From NCBI GenBank assembly GCA_965248695.1, contig CBDFKD010000002.1, positions 4,544,001-4,608,000 on the forward strand: DNA of 64,000 bases, in the 5' to 3' direction. Position 1 is the stretch's first letter. Each line of letters begins with the position of its first letter. The translations under genes and the position numbers were made by a program. Positions 1 through 9,230 of the stretch are shown here, in pieces. The stretch comes from Acidobacteriota bacterium (lineage in GTDB: Bacteria > Acidobacteriota > UBA890 > WLXD01). The notes beneath the pieces are model-generated. The model was not told the DNA's origin. It saw only the letters and a list, made by a program, of their open reading frames with translations, and ran no database searches.

Positions 1-3000
1 CGGTCAGCAACAGCTCGGCCAGCTTGAGCACATGACTGGTCGATGAGACTTCGTTGGCGTGCTGGCGGGCGGAGTAGACGACGGTCGGTTTGTAAGTCGT
101 GAACTTGTAGCGCGACCAGTGACTCGCCTCGATCGGGGGCATGAGGACCATCGCCCAGATGTCCTTGCCGAGGTAGCTGCGACCGGCCCAGTACATCGTT
201 GCCTCGGGGAACGTCGACATGCGCGCCAGGATGGCGTGCCCTTCGGGCGGCGGGATGGGTGTTTCCCACTGCACCAGCTCCTCGCCCTGATAGCTGTAGC
301 CGCCTTCCGGCAGCAGCTCGGCGATCGTCGGGTAGGGGGCCGGGGTGCCGTTGGCGTCGAGCGTGGCGATCGTCTGGGTATCGCGGTCGATCTCCCATTC
401 CCACCCGGCCGCCAGTCGGATCGTGCCCAATCCGTCGAAGGCGAGCTCATCGTCGTACAGGTCGCGAGCTCGAAGCTGTTCGAGATTGTCGATCATCGCT
501 GTGGCCTGAACGGCGCTCATGACGCGGCTGTCGACCTGGTATTCGTCAGCCTGCTGGAGCAGGTCGGTGCGGTGATCGTCCTCGAAGTCCACCTTGACGC
601 GCAGGTCGATGCTGTCGAGGCCCACCTGACCGCTACGAACGGTGGCTGCTAGCGCGCTCGGTCGTTCGACGGCGACCAGCGGGACGTCACGGCGTGCCTG
701 GCCGGAGGTCCCATCGGCTTCGGTGTAGTCGATCACCACCGCCGGCCGGCTGGTGGCAAACCCGGTGAGGCGGATCTTCGCCCAACCCGCTTCGCCACTG
801 CTGTTGGGCCGCATGATCGGAATCACACGACCGATGTGGTCGAGCTCCTCGCCGCGTGCCATGCGACCCAGGACGCGGAAGAAGAACAACGTGGGGAAAT
901 AGATCTCCTCGTGGAGCGAATCGAGGGATGAGATGTACTCGTTGTCGATCCCGAGGCGGTAGTCCGGCTCGCTGAGGCTCACTTCGACGGTGAGCTCGCC
1001 GAAGTACGGTGCGTCGGAGTCGCGCGGGTTGCCCTCGTGCAACTCCATGACGTGGTCGTACAGACCACTCAGCGTCTGATTCTGGTAGTGATCCCAGAAC
1101 GCTTCGATGTCGGTGACGATGCGCTGGTCTATCAGCGTGTCGGCGCCGCTGGTGGCGTGGATCCAGCCCGTAGTGACGCGCACCAGCTCATAGTCGTCGA
1201 AGCGGGCGTAGTACGGCTGCAGCACGTATTTGGGCTCGAAAGTCCTACGCAGCAGCTCGCTGCCGCTCGGTGAGGTCACCACGACCTCGTACGTCGACGC
1301 ATCGAGCGGCGCCATCTCGAAGTCCACCAGCTCCGGATCGATCGACAGGTCCGCCGACATGACCTCGTCGACCGGCCAGATCTCTTTCAGCCAGCGCACC
1401 TTGCTGTACATCGCCTGCTGCGGCCACTCCTCCGGCGGACCAGCCTCGGCGAAATGGACCCGGATGCCGCCGATGGCCGGATCGGCGCTGTCCGACTGCA
1501 TCCGACGCAGCTCAGGGACGATCACCTCGCGCAGCCACGAGAAGCCCTGCTTGAAGGCCGAGAGCACCGTGACGTTCGTGCCGTCGGCGGCGGCTCCCGC
1601 CTCGATCAACAGGGCCCGGGCCTGCTCGGCGATCCGGTGTCGGATCTCGGGCGGCTCGCTCAGCCGCGCTTCCACCCGCACCGGCCGACCACGGCGCACA
1701 CCCGGAATCACCCGGGCACGGAACTGCGTCCAGAAGGCCTCGACCTCGGAGGGGATCTCGATCTGTTCCTCGTTGAGGACGGCGGCATTCTGCACGTCGC
1801 GATCATCCATCAGCACCGACACGTCGGCGATGCCGAGAACCGCGAGTCGCTGGCGCACGACCGCCTCCAGTCCGGGCTCGATCTTCTCTAGCGACACCGT
1901 GACCCGGGCAACATCGATCTGCTTGCCACGCAGCTCCTCGATCATGCGGTCGAGCTTGTAGAGAGCTGCTGCGGCCTGCCCTGCCGGGCTGCGTTGCGAA
2001 AGGAATCGCCACACCGCGAGCTCGACTTGATCCACCGTGGCGCGATCGTGTCCGCGTTCTGACAGGTGGGGGAACTGCTGCGACAGCTGCTCGAGTGCGC
2101 GCGTCACACCGGCGGCGTCAGCGCCGGTAACCACCACGGCGCGCTTGTCGCCGAAGGCGGCTGGCACGATCTCGATGAGGCCCTCACCGGCAGCTAGAGC
2201 CTCGATCCGTCCCGGCGCCAGCTTGCCGTCCTCGACGAGCTCGGAGATCAACGGGTGATCGATGCCGATGGTCACCAGGGTCGGCTCGCTGCGAGCCTTT
2301 TCGATCTCGGCCACCGTGCGACCGACCGGCAGGGTCACCCCGGCGGACTCCAGCCCCAGGCGAGCGGCCAGATCGATGGTGCCGTCGACGCCCGGGCCGG
2401 AGGCGCTCAGCACCGCATCGATACGGTCGGGGATCACGTTGTTGTCGCTGTCGCCGAGCAACCCCTCGGCCTCGAACAGGGTCGACAGATCGAGGTCGTC
2501 CTTGCCGCCGGAGCCCGGCCGGCCGGGTGTCGGGCGGGAGGGGGCCTCGGGTTCGACACGTGGAATCTCGACGGTGACCGCGGCGGCCCCCGTGGCGGCC
2601 AACGAAAGGCGTAGCCGCTCGGCGCCGGCGTACGACAGCAACTCGGATGGGTCGTCGGCATCGGCGTCGTCCGTGACCTCGCTCACGACCGCTCGTCGCG
2701 TCGGCACGTCCGCGAGCGCTTCCCGGGCGCGGGTCAGATCGGCGGCCGGCAGGCTCACCGTGACGTCGACGGAGGAAAACGATCCGTCACCGCCGGCCTC
2801 GGCGTGGATCGCCCGTACGCTGACCTCCTGCACCGTGATCCCTTCACCGGCGAGATACTCCTCGACGTTGCTGGTCAGATCCGTGAGCGTCGCTCCGGTG
2901 GGTGATCCGACGTGAGGTAGCCGACCGCCAAAGGCGGCGGCGGCGGCGCGCGTTCCAGCGTCGTCGGCGCCGGCGATCACCAGCCAATCGCGTCCGCCGG

Positions 3001-3433
3001 AGCTGGTTCGGGTCACCAGGCCAGCTCCCGCGCTGAGCTCATTGAGCGCCGCAACGTTGAGCCCGGCGCGTTGGACGCCGGCGCGTCCCACGGCAATGCC
3101 GATACCTCCCTGGGGCGCCTCGCGGGGAATCGGGAGGTCCATGGCCATGGTCTGGAATCCGAGGCGTGCTGCGACGTCCAGAGCCGCTGCCAGATCCCCC
3201 TCGGAGCGCTCGGCGCCCAAAACGATCCCCGCAGCGACGAAGTCGACGACCTCGTCGCCATTACGGTCCTGGAAGATCTGACCGGCCTCGAAGAGGCTTT
3301 CCAGCCCTGCCGCTGCCGCGTTGTCGCTCGCCTGCCCATCTGCCGGGGCGGGTACGCCGACGGCACCCAGGCCGGCGACAAGTGCGATGAGCAGAGGCTT
3401 CCACAGGTGGCTCATCATGCGCGGTCGGATCAT
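1..3433 (-). CDS. Large secreted M14-family zinc carboxypeptidase-like protein (3'-partial, >1140 aa; absent from the ORF track because its stop lies outside the window)
   Basis: AGGAG RBS then ATG at 3433 (MIRPRMMSHLWKPLLIALVAGLG..., signal-peptide-like). The same frame was spot-checked at ~2458, ~1249 and the window edge, where it reads GRSYLGKDIWA...KPTVVYSARQHANEVSSTSHVLKL (M14 HxxE zinc motif). Confidence 0.85.
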   Translation of the reverse strand, partial: MIRPRMMSHLWKPLLIALVAGLGAVGVPAPADGQASDNAAAAGLESLFEAGQIFQDRNGDEVVDFVAAGIVLGAERSEGDLAAALDVAARLGFQTMAMDLPIPREAPQGGIGIAVGRAGVQRAGLNVAALNELSAGAGLVTRTSSGGRDWLVIAGADDAGTRAAAAAFGGRLPHVGSPTGATLTDLTSNVEEYLAGEGITVQEVSVRAIHAEAGGDGSFSSVDVTVSLPAADLTRAREALADVPTRRAVVSEVTDDADADDPSELLSYAGAERLRLSLAATGAAAVTVEIPRVEPEAPSRPTPGRPGSGGKDDLDLSTLFEAEGLLGDSDNNVIPDRIDAVLSASGPGVDGTIDLAARLGLESAGVTLPVGRTVAEIEKARSEPTLVTIGIDHPLISELVEDGKLAPGRIEALAAGEGLIEIVPAAFGDKRAVVVTGADAAGVTRALEQLSQQFPHLSERGHDRATVDQVELAVWRFLSQRSPAGQAAAALYKLDRMIEELRGKQIDVARVTVSLEKIEPGLEAVVRQRLAVLGIADVSVLMDDRDVQNAAVLNEEQIEIPSEVEAFWTQFRARVIPGVRRGRPVRVEARLSEPPEIRHRIAEQARALLIEAGAAADGTNVTVLSAFKQGFSWLREVIVPELRRMQSDSADPAIGGIRVHFAEAGPPEEWPQQAMYSKVRWLKEIWPVDEVMSADLSIDPELVDFEMAPLDASTYEVVVTSPSGSELLRRTFEPKYVLQPYYARFDDYELVRVTTGWIHATSGADTLIDQRIVTDIEAFWDHYQNQTLSGLYDHVMELHEGNPRDSDAPYFGELTVEVSLSEPDYRLGIDNEYISSLDSLHEEIYFPTLFFFRVLGRMARGEELDHIGRVIPIMRPNSSGEAGWAKIRLTGFATSRPAVVIDYTEADGTSGQARRDVPLVAVERPSALAATVRSGQVGLDSIDLRVKVDFEDDHRTDLLQQADEYQVDSRVMSAVQATAMIDNLEQLRARDLYDDELAFDGLGTIRLAAGWEWEIDRDTQTIATLDANGTPAPYPTIAELLPEGGYSYQGEELVQWETPIPPPEGHAILARMSTFPEATMYWAGRSYLGKDIWAMVLMPPIEASHWSRYKFTTYKPTVVYSARQHANEVSSTSHVLKLAELLLT

Positions 3434-3435
3434 CA

Positions 3436-5085
3436 CTATCTCCTGGGTTCGTCGTTGTCTCGCGACTCGCTGCGCTCGGCGGAGCCGGGTGGACCGTCAG
3501 CAGATCCGAAGCCACCGCCGCCTGGGCTGCGCACGCTGACGATGTCTCCTGCCTGGATCGAAGCGGTTACCTTGCCGGGGAGCTCGCGCTCGCCGTCTCC
3601 GCTGATCAGCACGTTGCGGCCCGGGCGGCCGGAGCCACCGCCCTGCAACCCGTATGGGCCCTTGACGCGGCGATCACTGAGGATGGTGAGCTGGGCGGGC
3701 ACTAGTAGCTGGATGTCGCGACGTATCCCGTCGCCGCCGCGCCAGGCGCCCGTCCCACCGGAGCCACGGCGCACCTCGTAGCGGGCGACACGGTACGGGT
3801 AGGCGTGCTCCAGAGCCTCCACCGGCGTGTTCAAGCTGTTGGTCATGTGAGTGTGCGTGGCGTCCAGGCCGTCGGCGTACGGTCGTGCGCCCATCCCACC
3901 GGCCACCGTCTCGTAGTAGGCGAACGGGGCCCCGGAGAGGTCGGTACCGCCGAGCGTCGTGTTGTTCATCGTGCCGCTGCTGGCGGCCGGGATGACGTCC
4001 GGTATGGCCTGGGCGAGCGCGCCGAGCACCGTATCGACGATGCGTTGCGAGGTTTCGACGTTCCCCGCGGCCATCGCCGACGGCGCCTGGGCGCTGACCA
4101 GAGAGCCGTCCGGTGCCACGACCTCCAGCGGCACGAGGGTGCCGTGGTTCGACGGTATCGGAAACGGCACAATGACGCGGAAGCAATAGAAGACCGCCGC
4201 CAGCGCGATGGCGTAGTTGGCGTTGATGCTGCCTTGCGCTTGTGGCGCGGTGCCGGCGAAGTCGACGCGTGCGGTGTCGCCGTCGACGACGATCGTTGCG
4301 ACGATGGCGAGGGGGCCGTTGCCTTGGCCGTCGTCGTCCATGCAGTCTTCGAAACGGTAGGTCCCGTCAGGGATCTGGCGGATCGCCTCACGCGTCATGC
4401 GCTCGGCATAGGTCATCAAGTGCCCCATGTAGGCCTGCACGACCTCGAGTCCGTATTTTTCCACGATCGAAAGCAGTCGGCGGAGCCCAGTGCGATTCGA
4501 AGCGATCTGTGCCGTGAGATCACCCTCACGCTCTCGCGGCGTACGCACATTGGTGAGAATCAACGACATCACGTCGTCGACGAGCTCGCCGCCGCGCACC
4601 AGGTGCACCGGTGGAATGCGGATCCCCTCCTGATAAATGGAGGTAGCCAGCGGCATCGAGCCGGGGGTCATGCCGCCGACGTCAGAGTGATGCGCGCGGT
4701 TGGCGACGTAGAACGTCGGTTCGGCGTCGCCGGCGATGAAAACCGGCTCAACCAGGGTGATGTCGGGCAGATGAGTGCCGCCGCGAAACGGGTCGTTGAC
4801 CACCACCACGTCGCCAGGACCCATGCTGGTGTCCTCGATCGCAGCCGACACCGACAGCGGCATCGATCCCAAGTGCACCGGCATGTGGTCGCCCTGGGCC
4901 ACCACCCTACCGGCGCCGTCGAAAATGGCGCACGAGTAGTCGCGCCGTTCCTTGATGTTGGGCGAGAAGGACGTGCGGCAGAGCGCCACACCCATCTCCT
5001 CGGCCGCCGAGTGGAACAGGTTGCGGAAAACCTCCAACTGGATGGCGTCGTACTCCACCTGCGTCGCGGCCGGCAGCGAGCTCAT
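3436..5085 (-). CDS. Hydantoinase B / 5-oxoprolinase subunit B
   Basis: SFSPNIKERRDYSCAIFD, HMPVHLGSM, NDPFRGGTHLPD, HHSDVGG, YYETVAGGMGA, SPGGGGFG. The start at 5085 overlaps the stop of subunit A (ATGA). Confidence 0.95.
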   Translation of the reverse strand: MSSLPAATQVEYDAIQLEVFRNLFHSAAEEMGVALCRTSFSPNIKERRDYSCAIFDGAGRVVAQGDHMPVHLGSMPLSVSAAIEDTSMGPGDVVVVNDPFRGGTHLPDITLVEPVFIAGDAEPTFYVANRAHHSDVGGMTPGSMPLATSIYQEGIRIPPVHLVRGGELVDDVMSLILTNVRTPREREGDLTAQIASNRTGLRRLLSIVEKYGLEVVQAYMGHLMTYAERMTREAIRQIPDGTYRFEDCMDDDGQGNGPLAIVATIVVDGDTARVDFAGTAPQAQGSINANYAIALAAVFYCFRVIVPFPIPSNHGTLVPLEVVAPDGSLVSAQAPSAMAAGNVETSQRIVDTVLGALAQAIPDVIPAASSGTMNNTTLGGTDLSGAPFAYYETVAGGMGARPYADGLDATHTHMTNSLNTPVEALEHAYPYRVARYEVRRGSGGTGAWRGGDGIRRDIQLLVPAQLTILSDRRVKGPYGLQGGGSGRPGRNVLISGDGERELPGKVTASIQAGDIVSVRSPGGGGFGSADGPPGSAERSESRDNDEPRR

Positions 5086-7061
5086 GGGGTGGCCTCCATG
5101 ATCAAGTTGCGGTATCCGTCGATGTGACAGCTGGCGTCCGGCGGAACGACGGTCGTCGTGCTGTACTCCACCACCAGCGCGGGGCCCTCGAACGAGCTGC
5201 CAGGCTGCAGCTGGTCGCGGTCGATGAGCCGGGCCCGACACGGTTCCTGATCGAAGATCATCTCGTGGTCTCCGAGGACCGCCGCACCGAGGTCGGACTC
5301 GGTCAGCCGCCGACTCTCCAACGTCGGCTTCTTGGTAGGTGCTACCACCCGCAGGCGAACGTTGACCACCTCGGTCGGCCGTTCCGGGTCGCTGTAGCCG
5401 TAGCGTTGCTCGTGAAGCTCGTGGAACGCGGCCTCGAAGCCGCCCTGCATCGGCACCTCGAGCTCGTATCCCTGGCCGACGTAGCGCAGATCGACGCTGC
5501 GCTCGAATCGCAGTTTGTTGGCGTCGGTGCCATCCAGTCCGAACTCTTCGATCGCCCGCGACTCGAGCTTACCGAACTCGACCTCGAGCATCCCGGGATC
5601 GACATCCGTTGCGGCCACCATCAGCGTCTGCGAGTAGTCGCGCACGATATCGGCCAGCAGCATGCCGAGCGCCGAGAGAATCCCAGCGGCGAATGGGACG
5701 ACGACACGGGGAATACCGAGGTCGCGCGCCAGCGCCGCGGCGTGCATCGCGCCCGCCCCACCGAATGAGACGAGGCTGAAGTCTCGCGGATCGAACCCGC
5801 GCTCCACAGAGATCACTCGGATCGCCCCCGCCATCGTCGTGTTGGCGACGCGGGTGATGCCCTCGGCGAGCTCGATGGGCGCCATGTCGACCTCGGTCGC
5901 GAGGCGGCTCATCGCGGCCACCACCGGCTCCGGGTCGAGGTGTTGACCGCCGCCGAGAAAGTGACTCGGGGCCAGGCGCCCGAGAAACAGGTTGGCGTCC
6001 GTGACCGTTACCTCGGTGCCGCCGAGCCCGTAGCAGATCGGGCCGGGTTGAGCGCCGGCGCTGCGCGGGCCGACCTTCAAAGCACCACCGGGATCACGAT
6101 AGGCGATCGAGCCTCCGCCGGCGCCGACGGTGTGGATATCGATGACCGGAAGACGAATCGGGAGGCCGCCCACGCTCGACTCGGCGGTGCGCCCGGGCTC
6201 GCCCTGACAAAGGCTGACGTCGGTGCTCGTGCCCCCCATGTCGAAGGTGATGCTGTTCGGGAAGCCGGCTAGCCGGCCAATCTCGGCGCCCCCGACGACG
6301 CCGCCCGCCGGCCCCGACAGGACCGTCTGGATCGCCGACCGTCTGGCTGCCTGCAACGAGATCGAGCCTCCGTTAGATTGCATGACCCGGATCGGCGACT
6401 CCGGTACGCGCTCGGCCAGATCGCCGAGATACCGCTGCATGATCGGGCCGACATAGGCGTTGGCCACGGTCGTGCTCGTGCGCTCGTACTCGCGAAACTC
6501 CGGTACGACCTGATGCGATGCGGTGACGAAGCCGCTGAAGCTGTCGCCCAGAGCGTCCAGCACGGCGCGCTCGTGCTCCGGATTGGCATAGGCATGCAGC
6601 AAGCAAATAGCCACGGAGTCATAGTCGCCGTCTCGTATGCGCTCGGAGATCGCGCTCAAGCTCGCGGGATCGACCGGATCGACGACCACGCCCCGTGGGT
6701 CCATGCGCTCGCGGACACCTAAGCGATCGGCGGCTGCAACCAGCGGCTCGGGCTTGGTGACCGCGAGGTCGTAAATCGATGGACGTGTCTGCCTGCCGAT
6801 CTCGAGCACGTCCTCGAACCCGGCCGTGGTGACCAGGACGGTGCGCGCCCCACGTCGCTCGAGCAGCGCGTTCGTCGCCACCGTGGAACCGTGCACGATG
6901 TCGGCGCCGTCGACGCCCATGTTCTGCAGACCGGTGAGGATCGCCGTCGCCGGGTTGTCGGGCGTCGAGGGCTCTTTGTGTACGCGAACCCGACCTTCAT
7001 CCATTAGGACGAAGTCGGTGAACGTGCCGCCGGTGTCGATGCCGATCACGAGCGTGTTCAT
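5082..7061 (-). CDS. Hydantoinase A / 5-oxoprolinase subunit A (ATP-binding)
   Basis: GIDTGGTFTD, HGSTVATNALLER, EFREYERTSTT, SGPAGG, DMGGTSTDV, TVGAGGGSIA. Confidence 0.95.
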   Translation of the reverse strand: MNTLVIGIDTGGTFTDFVLMDEGRVRVHKEPSTPDNPATAILTGLQNMGVDGADIVHGSTVATNALLERRGARTVLVTTAGFEDVLEIGRQTRPSIYDLAVTKPEPLVAAADRLGVRERMDPRGVVVDPVDPASLSAISERIRDGDYDSVAICLLHAYANPEHERAVLDALGDSFSGFVTASHQVVPEFREYERTSTTVANAYVGPIMQRYLGDLAERVPESPIRVMQSNGGSISLQAARRSAIQTVLSGPAGGVVGGAEIGRLAGFPNSITFDMGGTSTDVSLCQGEPGRTAESSVGGLPIRLPVIDIHTVGAGGGSIAYRDPGGALKVGPRSAGAQPGPICYGLGGTEVTVTDANLFLGRLAPSHFLGGGQHLDPEPVVAAMSRLATEVDMAPIELAEGITRVANTTMAGAIRVISVERGFDPRDFSLVSFGGAGAMHAAALARDLGIPRVVVPFAAGILSALGMLLADIVRDYSQTLMVAATDVDPGMLEVEFGKLESRAIEEFGLDGTDANKLRFERSVDLRYVGQGYELEVPMQGGFEAAFHELHEQRYGYSDPERPTEVVNVRLRVVAPTKKPTLESRRLTESDLGAAVLGDHEMIFDQEPCRARLIDRDQLQPGSSFEGPALVVEYSTTTVVPPDASCHIDGYRNLIMEATP

Positions 7062-7064
7062 GAT

Positions 7065-8558
7065 CTACTCGCTGGTCGCACCGTAGACGAGCTCTTCGAT
7101 CGCACCGTGCACGCGGTTGACGGTAGCGGCGGATGGCGGCCGGGTGGTGCGCGAGACCAGAAGCGTCGCGAGGACGTTCACCAGCAGGGCCCAAACGCCG
7201 CCGTGTAGGGACAGCGGGTGCGGCCATACGACGAGGGTGAGAAACAGGGTCACGAGGCCGAGTCCGATGCCCGCCAGCACTCCGTTGGCAGTGAACCGAA
7301 CACTGGACGGGAAGGTGACACCAAGCACCGCCGGCAAGAGCTGTAGCGCCCCGGCGCCCGAGAGCGTTACCAAGATGACGAGGTACTCGAAGGTGTAGAC
7401 GCTGAGGATGTAGCCGATGATCAAGAACCCGACGATGCAAACCCGGCTCACCGTGACGTAATGGGCCAGATCGGCGTCGGCGCGCACGTACCGTTGATAG
7501 ATATCGCGGGTGAGAACCGCCGAGTTGGCGTGAAGGATCGAATCGAGCGTCGACATTGCTGCTGCCGTGGCCCCAGCCAGAATCACCCCCGTGAGCCAGG
7601 CAGGGGCGTAAGCAAAGAGCAGCTCCGGGAAGATCCTGTCGGGGATGGCAATTCCCGGCATCGCCAGCGCTCCGCCGAGACCGACGAAGGCGGTCGGAAT
7701 GAACAAAGTGAGCAGGAAGATCGGGATCGTGGCGCCGAGCCACTTCAGCGTCCGCGCATCGACCGCCGTGTAGTAGCGGATCATGATGTGCGGCTGCAGG
7801 ACGACTCCGAACGACAGCGCGATCATCATCCCGAACCACATCGGATAGGTGAAGAAATCGCGTGGGCCCGGGATCGTCAGCAGGTCGGGTCGTTGCTCCC
7901 TGACCGCTTCGAGCAGTTGCATCGGTCCGCCGAACAGCTCATAGGACAGGTAGATCGCCCCGGCCCACACCGCGACGTACATCCAAACGCCCTGCAAGAC
8001 GTCGGTCCAGTAGACCGCGCGCAAGCCTCCCGCCATGAGGTAAGTTGCGGCCACGATGAGCAGCACTGCGGTAGCGGCCTCGAACGAGACCCGGTCGCCG
8101 GAGGCGGCGCTGATGATGTAGCCCAGTCCCTGCGCTTGCACCTGGATGTACAGAATCGTGAAGACGACCGATACCGATGCCACTACCACCCGCACCGCCT
8201 CACTCTCGTAGTAATCCGCCAGCATGTCGGCGGGAGTCATGTAGTGGAACTTCTTCCCGAGAGCCCAGATGCGCGGCCCGAGCACGTAGGTGATCGCACC
8301 GGTCATCAAGGTCCAGGTTCCCGCGACCCAGAAGCCGATGCCGTGCGTGTAGAAGAAGCCGCTGCTGCCCAAGAACGCGAAGGCACTGTGGTAAGTGGCG
8401 ACCATCGTCAGGTAGAGGACGAAGAACCCGGCGCGACGCCCGTACAGCAGGAAGTCCTCGAGGTTGACCTCGAGACGGCGATTTGCGACGACGCCCAACA
8501 GCAACGTCATCACCAAGTAGGCGCCGATCAGCGAAAGCGCGACCACCCAAGGCTCCAC
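7065..8558 (-). CDS. Sodium:solute symporter (SSS) family transporter
   Basis: About 13 hydrophobic segments; SAFAFLG, GGLRAVYWTDVLQG, AAAMSTLDS motifs. Confidence 0.93.
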   Translation of the reverse strand: MEPWVVALSLIGAYLVMTLLLGVVANRRLEVNLEDFLLYGRRAGFFVLYLTMVATYHSAFAFLGSSGFFYTHGIGFWVAGTWTLMTGAITYVLGPRIWALGKKFHYMTPADMLADYYESEAVRVVVASVSVVFTILYIQVQAQGLGYIISAASGDRVSFEAATAVLLIVAATYLMAGGLRAVYWTDVLQGVWMYVAVWAGAIYLSYELFGGPMQLLEAVREQRPDLLTIPGPRDFFTYPMWFGMMIALSFGVVLQPHIMIRYYTAVDARTLKWLGATIPIFLLTLFIPTAFVGLGGALAMPGIAIPDRIFPELLFAYAPAWLTGVILAGATAAAMSTLDSILHANSAVLTRDIYQRYVRADADLAHYVTVSRVCIVGFLIIGYILSVYTFEYLVILVTLSGAGALQLLPAVLGVTFPSSVRFTANGVLAGIGLGLVTLFLTLVVWPHPLSLHGGVWALLVNVLATLLVSRTTRPPSAATVNRVHGAIEELVYGATSE

Positions 8559-8574
8559 GCTCAGATCCCCCGGC

Positions 8575-8856
8575 TCACAGCTGCTGGCGTGCGGCGTAGA
8601 TGAGCACGGCCACCTTGGCGGTATAGATCACCGACAGGTACACGAACAGGAACGGCAGACCGAGCACCGTAGGCTCGATTCGATTGGCCAACGGCAACAG
8701 CGGCCACTCGGCGAACGCCAGGGCCACGAGGTAGAACGCTACAGTGAACCGGCCGCTCGGCGTGCGCGGCAAGTAGTGCGAGCGGAACTCGCGGTAGCGG
8801 CTCTGATCTCCCGTCGTGAGGCTCACTCGCGCAGCCTGCTCCTCTGCCAAAGGCAC
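8575..8856 (-). CDS. Small two-TM membrane protein (DUF3311-like SSS accessory subunit)
   Basis: WPLLPLANRIEPTVLGLPFLFVY motif, directly upstream of the SSS gene. Confidence 0.75.
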   Translation of the reverse strand: MPLAEEQAARVSLTTGDQSRYREFRSHYLPRTPSGRFTVAFYLVALAFAEWPLLPLANRIEPTVLGLPFLFVYLSVIYTAKVAVLIYAARQQL

Positions 8857-9230
8857 GCTCGCCCAACGTCCCGGAGGTCGATCGAACGGTCGCCTCGGCG
8901 CCGTAGGAAGGCCACCGGGAGCAGTGCGATTCGACGCGGTAGATTGCCCAGTCGCAGTCTAGTACCAATCTGTCCGGTGAGCACGATGCAGTCGATCAGA
9001 GGTCGCCCGTGAGCGCGACATCGCGGCGTCGATGTTGAATCGTGGCCGCATGCCGCAAACAAAGGGACTGTCCTGCGCTGGTCGTCGAACATGCTGATCT
9101 GCTCCTGTCCGGTTTGTTTGGTGGCGCCCGGAGAGTCCTCTACACTGCCGCCGGCAGGTGGCGCCAGCGGAACGTGCGTTCCGGGCCGTTGCCGGTGACC
9201 CACGGCCGCATCGTTACGGGGGAGCTCCGA

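Noticed and set aside
4-3781. Numerous plus-strand ORFs listed in the track (also long antisense ORFs elsewhere, e.g. 3805-5127, 7461-8603, 45164-46519)
   Set aside because: They are shadow ORFs of real genes on the opposite strand, as expected in high-GC DNA, and have no motifs.
8857-9230. Possible glycine or other riboswitch upstream of mttB
   Set aside because: A GGAGAG is present, but not the CCGAAG/CUCAGG elements, and no consensus is recognisable.
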